Source of the DNA: Camelus dromedarius
Lineage: Eukaryota
NCBI RefSeq assembly: GCF_036321535.1
Contig: NC_087436.1
Location: 80,850,001-80,914,000 of the forward strand
Direction: 5' to 3'
Length of the DNA stretch: 64,000 nt
Shown here: positions 49,966 through 63,339 of the stretch, piece after piece
How positions within the stretch are numbered: position 1 is the first letter of the stretch
Layout of the letters: every line of letters starts with the position of its first letter
Notes under the pieces: model-generated
Seen by the model: only the letters and a program-made list of their open reading frames with translations
The model's database searches: none
What the model was told of the DNA's origin: nothing
Program-made: the position numbers and the translations under genes

Positions 49966-52594
49966 TTCAAAGATAGATGAAGAATTTAGAGTATCAGCCT
50001 CTGGATTATGGCTTTTTATTAGTCTCTCGAAGTGCTGACCAAGCCTACAGTGTTTTCCCAGTGAGATACTTCAGAGGTTTGCTAATCACGGTAGCAAATA
50101 AAATAAAACTATTCATCAAAACTATATATCACATTGTCTAATCCAAATTTTTTTTAAGATGAATGAGAGATAATGTAAAACTCTAAGTTGACTTGCCCTT
50201 CTGTAAAATGGGTTAATTTCACCAACACCATATGCATAATGCAAAAACTAAAGTAAATCATATCTGTAAAGCATTGAGTTCCATTTCTGGCATATATTCA
50301 GAGCTTAAGAGTAGTTGGTTATTTTCCCTGCAAGATGACATGAATAAGTGGCTCTACAAAGAAAATGGCCTTCATTTTGTTACTAAACCAGTAACTAGGG
50401 AATCTGATCTAGGAATTTACTGATCAGCAGCAAACATTTTGTTACCCTAAGATCTTATCAATTAAAGTGTTGCTCTGGTCTTAAATCTTTAAATATTTTC
50501 TTAATCAAACATCTGTCAAGCTTCTGTTCTACTATACTTTTTTTAATCTAAGGAAATAATTTTTCTTTCAACCTTTACTCATTTCTGCTAAGAAATATAG
50601 ATCTCTATCCAAAAAGAGGCGGGAGAATACTTCTTTAGACCCACAGTTTTTAATTGTGGACAATTTTCACAGTATGTTTGTCACCTTTGTGCAAGAAAGC
50701 TGAGAGTTGTCAGGACAACATTTGAGGTTTGATACAGTGTTGTGTCTGCTGGACTAAGAGAGCACAGACCAGATTATTAAATTCTATTTTGTTACTGAGG
50801 CTTGTTATATATTGTTATATGACTTAAGCTATTGTTTCAACTCTGAACGTACTATTTTGATTTGTCAGATTGCCTCTTTTTCCTTCATCCAATTTCTTGA
50901 TGTCTTGCATGTCCAACTGTAAATATTGAGATAAAATGCCGTTCAGTGTAGTAACTTTCAGAAAAGCTGTATCTACTATAAGATGTCAACCATTCAATGT
51001 AAACTGAGAAAGTCAGTCAAAAATGTGAACATTTGGGCTGTGTAACAATCCTCCCCATATTTGGAAACATTCTAAATGGGGTAAGTTGAAAGAAAGGAAC
51101 TGATATTATTACAACTCAGTTTATAAACAATGATTGATCTTTCTCTTTTCTGAAACTGTAATTTAAGCAGGAAAACATGTTGCCTTAGCCATTGCCATAT
51201 CCCTCAGAAATAAGACCAGCTGTTTTGCCAGCAGTGTGGATTCCTTTTTCTATAGTATGAGTACTATTAGAGAGAACAGTTTTTCTGATTTCAAAAGGAC
51301 CAGCTGCTCTGATGTTTTGGGAATATTCCCATATGTTCTGAATGGGGAAAAAATTAAATGAAGCCAAACCAAAGACTTTCAACTTTATAGAAGAGACAAA
51401 GCTTTTCAAGACTTTTCAACCAGAAAGTTTATAATTAGAGTATTAATTTCCTGGAGGGAATTTTTGCGTCTTTGTGTAACTTAAAGGACAAATTTTTTTT
51501 AATCCAGTCTCTCATAGGATTTTGTTTTGTACTTTGAATTAACTGTCCAGTGAGCCCAAAATAGTCCCTGATACTTGACTGAAGAGCTAATTCAAGAGCA
51601 ACTAGCAGTGTATTAAAACATGAATTAGTACTCAAAATCAGGATCTTGCATCCCATCAGAGAAATATGTGACTGTGCTTTACAAATGACTAATTTCATAT
51701 TTGTGTTTAAGCTAACTAGCATTGCTTTGAAGACATCTGTTTTATGACTACTAACATGTAGACTATATAAAGAACAAATGGAAACGTCTCTCTCAAGAAA
51801 GCCCTTGCTGAGACACTTCATGGCCTACAACTTGTGAATCAGCTAGAAGAAGCTGGCTTAGAAACCCACCCCCATTTCTCACATCTCTAGCAATGCTCTT
51901 CCATTAGAGTCTCTCAAGGTTATTTGTGACAAGAGAGAAATTGCAATCCTTTGGTCAGGCCTGGACAATTTACATGAAGTAGGCTGGGAAATGGATCCAT
52001 GTGGGAGGAAATAGGCCAGAATTTTCTAGCTGGGTTCAGCCTGGAGGTGATGTCTCCACTGGAAATTGTACATGATCTTGGCTCCTTTAAGTCTGATGAG
52101 TGGATAACCTGAATGAGTTGTTTGTGTTAAAGAAGGAAATTTAGCCGCTTGATAAAAATTAAGGGAATTGCATGTCTGTATCAAGTCAGTGGGAATGAGG
52201 GGCTTCTGGTTTCCAGTTCTGAGGCTCATATGTGTCCTCTAAGCTACCATTTGTAGCCCATGCTGTTTCTGCAGTCCCTTGATCCTCTTCGAACTGTCAA
52301 CCTACAAGGTAATTTTGTCATACTTTGATTTCTATTGTTTGTGTTGTAAGAACAGTAGGTATATTAATCATACTTTTTGTAAAATACATAAACATTGTTT
52401 TCTTCTCTAATATTTGTATACACACTGAGGAACTTCCTTCACTGTTGCTCCATTCTAACTAGCTGGGAATCTAGGACCTGTCTGTCTATGTAGTCAAGCG
52501 CATCATTTAGATATGATTTAACTGGGGTAAACTGACATCTATTAATTGTGTTCTGGACAACAGAGTGTAATGATTAATGGCAATAATTAAAAAA

Positions 52595-52865
52595 TAATAA
52601 TGAAATCAGCTGACATTTAGAGAATGCTAACAAATTCCAGTTGCTGATGGACTGTATCACTTTGTTTTCAGTAATCTTTTGTAGCAGATGTATATTTTTT
52701 TAACTACCTTTTTTTTTTTTTTTTTTTGTATCAGGAAACTAGAGACCAGATAGATTAAGTATCCTGTTTAAGGTCACATAGCTAGTAAGAGGGAAACTAG
52801 GACTGGAAGCCTGTGCTGTCTAACGCCCGATCCAGACCCTCTGCCATTTTCATTACACCATGCTA
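52595..52865 (-). mobile_element. MIR SINE with internal poly-T expansion
   Basis: 'ggaaactagagacc...aaggtcacatagctagtaag'. Confidence 0.8.
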
Positions 52866-54076
52866 CTGTCTTGACAAGGATCTCCCTGGGGGTGATGGGG
52901 AGGAATGTGCCATTTTGATTTCAAAGATGGTTAATGTCTTCAGTACACTGTGGTTTCTTTTCTTCATTTTACATTCCTGGCTTTTTAATCTCTTTTACCA
53001 CAGTTCTCTAGTTTTCTCATGCAGCCACAGGCTCTCCCATGTGTAAAGTTATTAGGCCATTTTTCTTGGAGATGGAAACATTTATGACAATTTTATAAAA
53101 AGAATATAGGCAGCAGGCAACACTTACTACAAATGAATGAATCACAAGTTACAGAATTTCCACTGTTGGTATGGGTTTTGGGGGAATTGGAGACTTGCCT
53201 GAAACACAGTAAATGTTGTCTTTTGGCTAATTTCTTCCACACAAAGTTGACTATGAGGGGAATGGGCTTATCTGGAAAGTTGAAGCTGGGCACGTCCTCT
53301 TCCTTGCCACACCCACACAACCCACAGTCCCCACGTCAGGATGAAGCTTTGCTGAATCCCATTGTGGTTCAAGATCCAGAAACTCTGTGCTTGTGAGTAT
53401 TTCCTTCACAGTACAGAGCATTAGTTTTTGTTGCAAGTGCTTCTAGAATGCTGATATGAACTAGAAAAATAAGAGTGGTAGCAGAGTAAGAATTAAATTT
53501 TCTGGATCCAATGAGACCATTCTTTGCATGAATATGCCACTTTGGGCTTGTATTTCTTATTACAGTTTCTTGTAGCTAGGGAAATTTTGCTGAGATGTGC
53601 TATATCTGCTGTTACCCTTTGAGGCTACCTTGTTTTTTAAATGGATTGTGCATCTTTGGATAACTAAACCCAAAACATATTATAGCCCTGTAGACTACAT
53701 GTGTTTATGTGGTGCATACATTTGTGTATATGTGTGTGTGTATGCACCTGTGTGCATGGGTGAGGTTTCAGCAATGTGGGTGACTCTTCCCTAGCTTAAC
53801 AGAAATGCTGCAGTGTGTAAAATGTATGTATTATTTCTCAATGATGAAATAATCTCTAGACTTCATACAGACTTTTATACCATTTAAGTAAAAATATTTT
53901 GTATCTTTTTAAAAAAAATTGAATTTATGTCTTTGAGCGAGAGCTGACAAAAAAAATTTGAAAATAGCCAATAAAACCTTAAAAAAGACAGGACCCTCAC
54001 TTGGCATGGCAGCCACAGAAGTCATTATCCAAAAGAGTCTATATTGTTAAGCTAAGCAGAAGGACTTGTCAAAAAC

Positions 54077-54518
54077 TGTGAAAGGTTTGAGATTTTTCCT
54101 TAGTTGCAACATAATGCATTCATCCCCCCAGCTTCATAGATGTTAGGGACATAAGTCTCTGGGGTTGAGACATAGCACAATTTATTACTCACAGCCAACG
54201 CCACAGTGAGATAATTAGCATTTTTGTGCTGTTCCTTGAGCTCCAATTCCTACAGGGTGATGCAGAGAGGTCACCAACACCCCCACACAGTGGGCTGAGT
54301 TACAGAAGAAGAATGAAGAAGTTAGGAACCAGGAACCATTTATAATGCCCAGTAAGCAAGCCTTCCTCTGCTTTGAAGGAAATCACTATCTTTATCTTCC
54401 AAGGTTGCTAAATATGCAAGCATCCTTGAAAATACAGTCTGCCTCAATGGACAGTCAGTGTCTTTGCTTTAAAGATATCCAAAAATGCAAGAGACTCATA
54501 TAGGACTATCTCTCAACA
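54077..54518 (-). mobile_element. LTR40-like ERVL solo LTR
   Basis: TG...CA termini; antisense start 'tgttgagagatagtcctatatgagtctcttgcatttt' and end 'aaatctcaaacctttcaca' resemble LTR40. Confidence 0.8.
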
Positions 54519-54939
54519 GTATATTTCTTCACTTTCCATTTCTTGGTATGTATTTTTTTCTCTTTCCAATACCCATGCCATACTATCACCTTCCATTTAT
54601 GGCCAAACCCAACAGAGAGGAGAATGTTCACAATCTGTGAGTTCAGTAGTCAATTTGGATCCATTCTACAGCTGGTCTGATCATTTGTGCAGACATTGGT
54701 AAAAAATAACAGTCATGAAGAAAACCCTACTGGGAAATGTTTTCCCTCAGAACCAAGGCTTGAGGGTCAGGAGTGAAACCTGATGAGGATAGTCAGGATC
54801 CAAAGCCCTCAGGGCCCCATTCTAGAACAAACACTGAATCAAAAGAGGTAGCTGAACATTGGCAAGTGTGGCAACTATAACTAACCTAGGGAACTGGATT
54901 AGAAGAAAACACCTTAAGAACTGGCTTCCTAGTTATTTT

Positions 54940-55110
54940 CTGCATGGCCTTGCCTGAGACCCATTTTCCATCCTCTGTGGCCATCACGGTCTGCCTGTGC
55001 CTAGGCAGTGCATTACCCAGAATCCCTTGCCAGCTGGCTTCCACCGGGAGGCACCAGCAGTGATGGAAGGTGGGGAAGTGAGAAAGGTAGGGGTAAAACC
55101 CAAAGTCCAG
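54940..55110 (+). mobile_element. LTR33-like ERVL LTR fragment
   Basis: 'agacccattttccatcc...tcccttgccagctggcttcc...gggaggcaccagcag'. Confidence 0.6.
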
Positions 55111-55785
55111 AAGCCCTGGAGAAATAAGAATAAACAGTGAAAAGACTGATGAAAGAATATTTGGAAATATCCACATATTAGTTTGTCTCAGAAAGACAAC
55201 TGGCTAGTCTCATTGCAAATGCAGTGTGGCCAGAAAAGAGAAGAAAACAATGAATAGTCGTGAGGCACTGCGATGAGAAGTGACAGCCAGTATCAGAAAT
55301 CCTCACTAGGGAGGAGGCAGAAAAAATACCAATTAGCGGAACACAGCAGCCAGAGATCACTCACTGTGTTGTCAAGCAAAGCTCATCCTCCCCCAGCACC
55401 TTCACAGTATTCTATTTGAGGCACTGCAACCATCACAGGATGGGAGCCTGTGGTCACCTGACTGCTTCTACTCCCAGGCAAGCCTTCTGTATCACCACCT
55501 CTCCTATAGTCCTACCTGATTCTGTCCTTGTAGTCTTAGAAGCTGCTCTAGGGGAAAAAATCATAGGAAATGCTGCTCATAAGTTCCTCATCTTAATGCT
55601 TCTCAGTGAACATTTATTGACACACCAAACTATGTGAGCTTCTAAAGTAAGAATACCATTTATTTGCTTAATCCAGTCTGTCAAACTGATTTAAACATTG
55701 AAACCTTTTTATTTCTCAAGCGGAACCTTTGGGAAATGCTGCTACAGTTGCTCCAGATCAGACACAGGTGTACACTGGAGTAACC

Positions 55786-56165
55786 TGTATCAATTAGAAT
55801 TAGATACTGTAAGGGACTGTTTGCAAAGGTGTGAGGTCAACTCTGGTAAAGGAACAAGGGAGAGTGAGGAAGCTGGGTAGTGGCATCAGAGAGCCATCAC
55901 TGCCCCCCAGCTACTGAAACTGCAGAGACAGAGGGCTGTAAGGCAAGAGGTGGCCTCTGGGAGAAAGATGCAGCCAACCTGTGGCATCAGTGTCTGATCT
56001 TCCTCTCTTCCATCCCTTTGCACCTGCTTGCCTCCCCTGTATGCCAGGGGCTGCCTCACTGTAAGCTGGAGGGCAAGGTAGGGCCCAGGGCAATCCATGC
56101 TGGTCAGTGGCCCAGGATGGAGAAGGGTGGGGATGGCTCTGAGGGGAAAAGAGAAGACACTCAAC
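55786..56165 (-). mobile_element. LTR33/LTR16-like ERVL LTR
   Basis: 'aagggactgtttgcaaaggtgtg...agctggagggcaagg...agggtggggatggctctgagggg'. Confidence 0.55.
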
Positions 56166-56644
56166 TTCCTGTACTATCAAGTTGAAACTTTTTAGTTAAA
56201 GGCAAATAATCTGTGAATTTTGTGTTTTCATATAGAGATGTGCAAAGAGATCTCTCCAGGACTTAAAGAACAGAAACACTTGGATGGACCAGTGTCACAC
56301 TGCTCATCCTTATCATGTGGTACAGCTCAGTAAGGATGGCTCCTGGTAGATTTTGAATTAAATAAAGCTGTTAACTAACTTGGTTCATGCATGCAGCAAA
56401 ATTAGTCTCAAGCTCAGCAAAAAGATGAGAAAATGTTGCTCTCTTTGGCTCACCGATTGCTGAAAAGTGTGCAAAAAGTTACTTGACTAGACTTTCAGAG
56501 TAAATCATAGCACTCGAGCACAAAATACAATGAACAAGCTTGAAGTTGCAGGCAAATATTTTGATAAAGAACAATTCATTCATCTATTTAGATAAATAAT
56601 GCATAGTTTCTGTTTGGAACTGGAAAGTACTTACTTGTCATTCT

Positions 56645-57030
56645 AGGGGCGTAGGCAATATTTTAGTGTAAACATGAGAATTGAGAGTCAGAGAAACTTG
56701 GGTTAGAGTCCATGTTCCTCACCGTATGACAGCACCTGCCTGGCAAATTCCTCAGTCTCTGCGGGCGCTGTTGTTTTGGTTAAATTATAACCTAATAATG
56801 GGAGCTAATGTTCGCCAAGCTTTTATTTTATGCCAGGCACTAGATTGTGCATTATCCCAGTAAGTCTTTTAATAAACCTAAGGAAGATATATTTATTATC
56901 CTAATTTTCAAATAAAAAAGTTGAATCACTTGCTCAAGGTTACACTAACACATGTAAACCCTTGTCAGATTGCTTGCTAATAAGTGCTGGGTAAGTGTTA
57001 ACTGCTGAAATTATTTATTACTATTACTGT
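56645..57030. mobile_element. MIR (+) interrupted by a second MIR (-) at ~56790-56950
   Basis: 'gagtcagagaaacttgggtt...cctcagtctct' (+); 'atgccaggcact...tcacttgctcaaggttacac' (-); 'taagtgttaactgct...attatt' (+). Confidence 0.6.
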
Positions 57031-57611
57031 TAATATTATTTGTTAACCTCTACCCTAAAAATAACAGACAAATAAAGTGCCTCTGGAATATAGCAAATGT
57101 GGCTAGTTTGATTTTATATATGTGATATTAGAGGCCCCCATTACAGTGAAATGCATGGTAATTGTTCTTTTAAAAATGTAATTGTTTTGAAATTTTCAAG
57201 GATGTCACACACTTACTTATTTAGAGTAATTTAATCCATGAAGGCACAATTTACATAGTTTTTCCTGATTTGTTTCCTAGATTTTATATCCTTAAAAGAG
57301 GAGTATTTCAGAACCAACCAGGTTCCAGAGAAAAAGAAACACTTGGTCAAAGCAATGACCTTGAAGATGCAGGTTTTTAGAGTGGGGAAACACTAAGATC
57401 ATTTATTTATTTCCTTAGCCTTGCGAAGTTACTAATCTCCCATTCTGTACCAGGGAGACCAGAGATTATGAAAAGATATTACCAAAGATTGGTCATTATC
57501 TGTTATATGGAAACTATATTTTAAGACTTCCTCTGCTGCTGGGTTCTGTGTAGCTGAAGCCCCTTTAAAAGAGAGAACACACTATTCTAGAAGTCCTAGA
57601 ATAGGTGGAAA

Positions 57612-57945
57612 TAGTCCACGGTGAAAGGGCACAAGGGAACCTTCTGGTGTGATTAAGATGATCTCAGTCTAAACAGAGGTGTGGGTTACACATAGGATTG
57701 CTACGTAATTTGCAGGGCCCAGTGAAAAATAAAAACCTGGGGCTCTTTGTTCAAAAGCTATTAATACTTTTGGCAAAAGCGGAGCATTAAGCCAAGCACA
57801 GAGCTCTTCCAGCACAGGTCCCAGCCCGACTGCACAGGCCTCACACCGAGGAGGCTGGTTCTAGTTACACAGGTCTATGCATTTGTCAAGTCATTGAGCT
57901 GAGCTCTTAACATCTATATGTAAATTATGTCTCAATTTTAAAATG
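57612..57945 (+). mobile_element. L1MC-like 3' end fragment, interrupted by MER53
   Basis: 'aagggcacaagggaaccttctggtgtgat...gggttacaca' resumes as 'ggtctatgcatttgtcaa...atgtaaattatgtctcaatttt'. Confidence 0.75.
57693..57863 (-). mobile_element. MER53-like hAT MITE with perfect 8-bp TSD
   Basis: 'ctacgtaatttgcagggcccagtgaaaaataaaaa' antisense MER53; TSD gttacaca at 57685-57692 and 57864-57871. Confidence 0.88.
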
Positions 57946-58599
57946 TGAAGTTCAAATAGAGTAAAAATAAAATCAAGTGGAAGAAGACCAGAGGTTGAGT
58001 TATGCCTTCTCAAGCAAACCATTGGTGCAAATCATTTGTTTTTTGCCAGACGTTAATTGAATAGCCACTCTGATGGATGCTGATGGCTATATATACATAG
58101 GCATAGTCCTTGCACTCCTGGAGCTTAACATTACAGCTGGGGGAGCTTTCTTCTTAACTTTGGCTCTGTTTAAAGCAGGGTTTTAATTTCAGCTTATATA
58201 TCCAGTCTGTGCTTTGATCTACTCCTCTTTCTAGCTTCTACTTCTCAGTCTGACCTCAGCCATCCTGATATTGGTTTGTTCTTCTATCAAAGCAACAAGT
58301 CGTAGGCCAGTGTTTCAGGGTTCCCAGCGTCTGGCTGCAACCCTGTGCCACAGAGATTCCTGCCCTTGGGCTACTCTAGCTCTTCTGTGTGCGAGTCTGT
58401 GAAGTAAGTCTGTTGTCTCCTGCTGTGACCTGGGGCCTCAAACCCCTGCTCAAATCTAAAAATGACATAATACTTCTAATTTAACCATACTACTTAGTCT
58501 GAATTTTAAACACTACTCCTTATGCCTTGAAATCTTTTAAAAGTCAAATACTAAGGCTGACATAGGAAAAAACTAGTCAGTCTGTGTTTGTAAGAAGTA

Positions 58600-60364
58600 C
58601 CTTTAGTGATCCTGTTAAATAAGTTTCAGGTGTACAGCATTATCATTTGACATCTCTGTGAACCATTAAGTGATCACCACCCCCAACCGCCTTTCCTCCT
58701 TAATCTGTTCTCTGTTATCTATGAGTTTTTTGTTTTTGTTTTGTTGGTTGATTGGTTTTGTTTTTTCAGATTCCACATGAGAGTGATATCATATGGTATT
58801 TTTTTCAGTCTTACTTTACTTAGCGTAATATCTTTAAGGTCCATCTATGTTGTCACTAATGGCAGGGTTTCATTCTTTTCAATGGAATACTACTTGGTAT
58901 TCCATTGTGTACATATACACCACATTTTCTTTATCCATTCATCCATCCATGGACATTTAGGTTGTTTCTGTATCTTGCCTTCTGTAAATAATCCTGGAAG
59001 GAACATAGGGATGAATATATCTTTTTGAATCAGTGTTTTTGTATTCTTTAGATAAATACCAAAAAGTGGAATAGCTGGATCAATGATAGCTCAGGTCTTA
59101 ATTATTTGAGAGTCTTCAGACTATTTTACATACTAGCTGCACCAATTTAAAGTCCCACCAACAGAAGTAAGGATTCACTTTTCTCCATGTTCTCCCCAAC
59201 ATTTGTTATTTCTTGCTTTTTGATACGACATTCTAACAAATGTAAGGTGATATCTCATTGTGGTTTTGATTTACATTTCCCTAATAGTTAGTGATATTAA
59301 ACATCTTTTCATATGCCTGTTGGCCACCTATATACTTTGTTGGAAAACTGTCTATTTAGATCCTTTGCCCATTTTTTAATAATTTTTTTTGGTGAGTTAT
59401 AGTCCTATTTCCTCATGATTCAGTCTTGGAAGATTGTGTGTAAAAATCTAGGAATTTACCCATTTCTTCTGGGTTGTCCAATTTGTTGGTGTATAATTGT
59501 TCATAGCAGTCTCTTATAGTCCTTTGTATTTCTGTGGTATCACTTGCAATTTCTCTTCTTTCATTTTATTTTATTTATTTAAGTCCTCTCTCTTTTTTTC
59601 TTGGTTAGTCTAGCTAAAGGTTTGTCAATTTTGTTTATATTTTCAAAGAACCAACTCTTAGATTCATTGATCTTTTAAATTGTGTTATGTTTAGATTCCT
59701 TTTTTATTCTTTTTTGTGTTTACTATAAGTTTTTTCCTTGTGGTTATCATGAGGTTCACATCCTATGTAAATAGTAGCCTGTTTTAAGTTGGTAGCAACT
59801 GAAATTTGAACACATTCCAAAGCCTGCCTCTTTGGAGATGTTTCAGAATTGGTAAATGGGTCCCCTTTAGCTATTGTCCCTGCACTTCTCAATCTGGTAT
59901 ATCTTTCTGTGCTGATTTTCAGATTGAGTTGGTACATGAGACTTCTAAGAGTGGGTTTCCTGTTCCCTGTAATTCTATCATTTTTCTGGACATATTCCCC
60001 ATTGGTTTTCAAAGCCATGTGTTTTGGGTGCTTGCCTCTCCTTTGTAGGATCTAAAGGGTAGGGTGCCTTATGTGGAGCTCAAATCCCTTGATCCTCAGG
60101 GGAAAGATCCTTACCTTTGTGATCCCTCCCAATTGTGGATTGCTGCATCTGGGGTGGGATGTGCTTTTTTTTTATTTGAAGAGGCTGTATCTCTGCCTCA
60201 CATACCCATCCTGATGTTGTCCTTTACACCTTGTTGTGCAGGATCTGTTCATCCAGTTTTGAGTTCTCTTTCCAAAGGAATTATTTAAGTATTTGCAGAG
60301 TTACCGTGCCCAGGGGAGGAGGTGAGTTCAAGACCTTTCTATGCCACATCTTGAACCCTCCCCC
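58600..60364 (-). mobile_element. Heavily internally deleted LINE-1 (3'UTR, ORF2 pieces, 5'UTR)
   Basis: 3'UTR 'gtttcaggtgtacagcat', ORF2 stop 'cagattccacat', ORF2 scraps to ~59820, 5'UTR-like tract ending 'gccacatcttgaacc'. Confidence 0.8.
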
Positions 60365-62412
60365 AATATTTCTTTATTTAAGTGAAATGGAACAGTGAAT
60401 TGAGGGTGATAAGGTGTCTACAGTGGCATTTTTATTGCCAGTGTTCCTATAAATGGATATTGACAATAATGAAGAAGAGGTGAGAGAAGTGCCTGTCAGC
60501 TTGTGCCCGTGTCCTTGGAGCCAGTGACTCCTCAATAGAGCAGTCCATCTAGTGACTGAAGGGACAAACACTTGACTTGCTGAAACAACATACAGACTTC
60601 GATTTTTAGATGGATGTTCAAAGTAGAGAACTTAGTTTTTTCTCCTAACCCTGAAGTTTTATTAGTTTCTGACTTCCTGAGAAGCAAGCCAATTATTTGG
60701 AAAAACAAGACTTTTTATTTTTTATATTCAACATCTGATTGTGCTTTATAATACCTTGCCTTTAACTATATGTATAAAGCAGATGTTATTCACCAGGTCT
60801 TTGTTACTCAAAAGGTAGCAGCCTTATTTGGGCTCATTTTTAATATTACCTAATTTCCCACTTCCTTTCTCTGACTGTCTTTTCTGTGAATAAATTTTAC
60901 TAACTTTATTGTTTATGATCTTCAACAAGATCATGGGCACATTATTGAATTTGAACTACAAAAATCAACAAACGCTGAAGTGTCCAAAAAGGATTCTCCC
61001 TCCACCACAGACACTGTTTACATCAGTCATCTATTCATCTTTTCATGTTCCTAGGTATATCAAATAATTCTTTCAAGAGTGTTCACTCACATGTTATTGT
61101 GTGAGAATGAAGTGTTTATGGGATTTCATAGATCTTCCACAGAAAGAGCAAATGAATATTCTGGAAATTATAATTTTGATTTGTTTCATTTTTAGTAATT
61201 TACTTTCTCAGCCAGATTTTAGATTCTGAAAAAACTAGGTGGTGCTTTTTCAGCCCTGCTTTTATCCACAGCAATGTTTAATGCAGTGCCCAAATGCCTG
61301 AGGCAGTACCAGATTCAATATATTCTCATTAAATGAAGGAGTAAGTCTGGAGTTGTTATTTTACAGAAAGTGAGAAATTAAATTGGTTTTGCGATTCACA
61401 AGGTAAATGTATTTCAAGATTAATCAATGCTAATTTTGCTTATTTTTTAAAGCTCCTAGAAAAGCTTATTGAGGTAATTGATTATTTCCGCCTCTCTTAA
61501 GTACAGAGGAAATTCCTATTCTCACTGACTTCACTATAAACAACTATGCTTTTTACTCTTAGAAGAATTTAAGTCAGATGGATCAGGAGATATTAATGAG
61601 CATATAAAGCTTAACAGGTGAATTTCTGCTCCTCTCCCATAGTTTGCATGGTGCAGTGTATTCTGTAAGTGATGGATAAATATCACCTAACTGGTGGGAC
61701 ACTCCATTGTTATTGTTCTTAATAATTGGTCCTATAACTAAGGGTGATGTTTCTTTGTAATTATTCTGCCTACAAGATGATCATAATGTTTAATGCTCTT
61801 GTTTTAGAAATGGCTTTAGTAATATTTGTTCAGGGTTGTTTAAAATGGAGTTACTCCTTTTTGTACTCAATGCAAACATCTATAGCCCCCATCAGTTTGT
61901 GATAATGTTCTGATAGCGGTTGAATTCAGATTTTACTGATTAAAAGTTTATACTGTGTACCAGGCACTCCAGGCTTGCCAAGTTCTTCTCAAATATATCT
62001 AAGACTTTGTAAATGTATTTCCCATGTTCACTCACATTAGTCCTGCTTGTTGACGCTGCTGCTGCTGACTGCCTTCTGGGGCTGGTCTCTAGACACAGAA
62101 ACGCATAGTCCATGCCATTGATTTTGGATTCAATAAATAAAGCCCTTGCTTCTCTTGCCAAGGCAGAGATCTGCAGTCACTGGTGCTGTCTGGACTGGAG
62201 GTGCACATCCACTGCTGTGGTGGCTGGGCAGCGCCATGACCCTCACCTCCACTGAACAGGAACTCCTGCCAGTGTGGGCAGCCAGGCTGATGGCTCAGGT
62301 CACCAGTGCTCTCATCAGTCCCAGGTCTTCCACTGCAGAGTAGACATGGGAAGGGCATCCTTCCTCTAGAATATGATTGATTCCTAGGATTCCTTAGCAA
62401 TGACCTCAAGAT

Positions 62413-63339
62413 GTTTTTTGTTTGTTTAACATTTTTTATTGATTTATAATCATTTTACAATGTTGTGTCAAATTCCAGTGTAGAGCACAATTTTTCAGTT
62501 ATACATGAACATATATATATTCACTATCACATTTTTTTCTCTGTGAGCTACCATAAGATCTTGTGTATATTTCCCTGTGCTATAGAGTATAATCTTGTTT
62601 ATCTATTCTACAAAATTTAAAAATCCTGTCTATCCCTTCCCACCCTCCACCCCCTTGGCAACCACAAGTTTGTGTTCTGTGTCTATGAGTCTATTTCTGT
62701 TTTGTATTTATGCTTTGTTTTTTGGTTTTTTTTGTTTGTTTTTGTTTTTTATATTCCACATATGAGCGATCTCATGTGGTATTTTTCTTTCTCTTTTTGG
62801 CTTACTTGACTTAGAATGACATTCTCCAGGAGCATCCATGTTGCTGCAAATGGCGCTATGTTGTCAGTTTTTATGGCTGAATAGTATTCCATTGTATAAA
62901 TATACCACATCTTCTTTATCCAGTCATCCGTTGATGGACATTTAGGCTGTTTCCATGTCTTGGCTACTGTAAATAGTGCTGTTATGAACATTGGGGTGCA
63001 GGTATCATCCTGAAGTAGGGTTCCTTCAGGATATAAGCCCAGGAGCAGGATTCCTGGGTCATATGGTAAGTCTATTCCTAGTCTTTTGAGGAATCTCCAT
63101 ACTGTTTTCCATAGTGGCTGCACCAAACTGCATTCCCACCAGCAGTGAAGGAGGGTTCCCCTTTCTCCACAGCCTCTTCAGCATTTGTCATTTGTGGATT
63201 TTTGAATGATGGCCATTCTGACTGGTGTGAGGTGATACCTTATTGTAGTTTTGATTTGCATTTCTCTGATAATTAGTGATATTGAGCATTTTTTCATGTG
63301 TTTATTGATCATTTGTATGTCTTCCTTGGAAATTGCTTG
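62413..63339 (-). mobile_element. Young 5'-truncated LINE-1 (camelid-type), ~930 bp
   Basis: poly(T) tail, intact-looking 3'UTR, and ORF2 C-terminus ORF 62749-63126. Confidence 0.95.
62749..63126 (-). pseudogene. L1 ORF2 C-terminal remnant (125 aa to the natural stop)
   Basis: [13 protein letters not shown]...PYDP...TWKQPKCPSTDDWIKKMWYIYTMEYYSAIK...SLICGI*. Confidence 0.95.

Noticed and set aside
60452..60490. ATG-MDIDNNEEE followed by GAG|gtgaga donor
   Set aside because: Too short, with no promoter or acceptor evidence; expected by chance in 64 kb
61940..62409. Cluster of ORFs and an AATAAATAAA signal suggesting a terminal exon or pseudogene
   Set aside because: No recognisable protein similarity or consistent splice and stop arrangement
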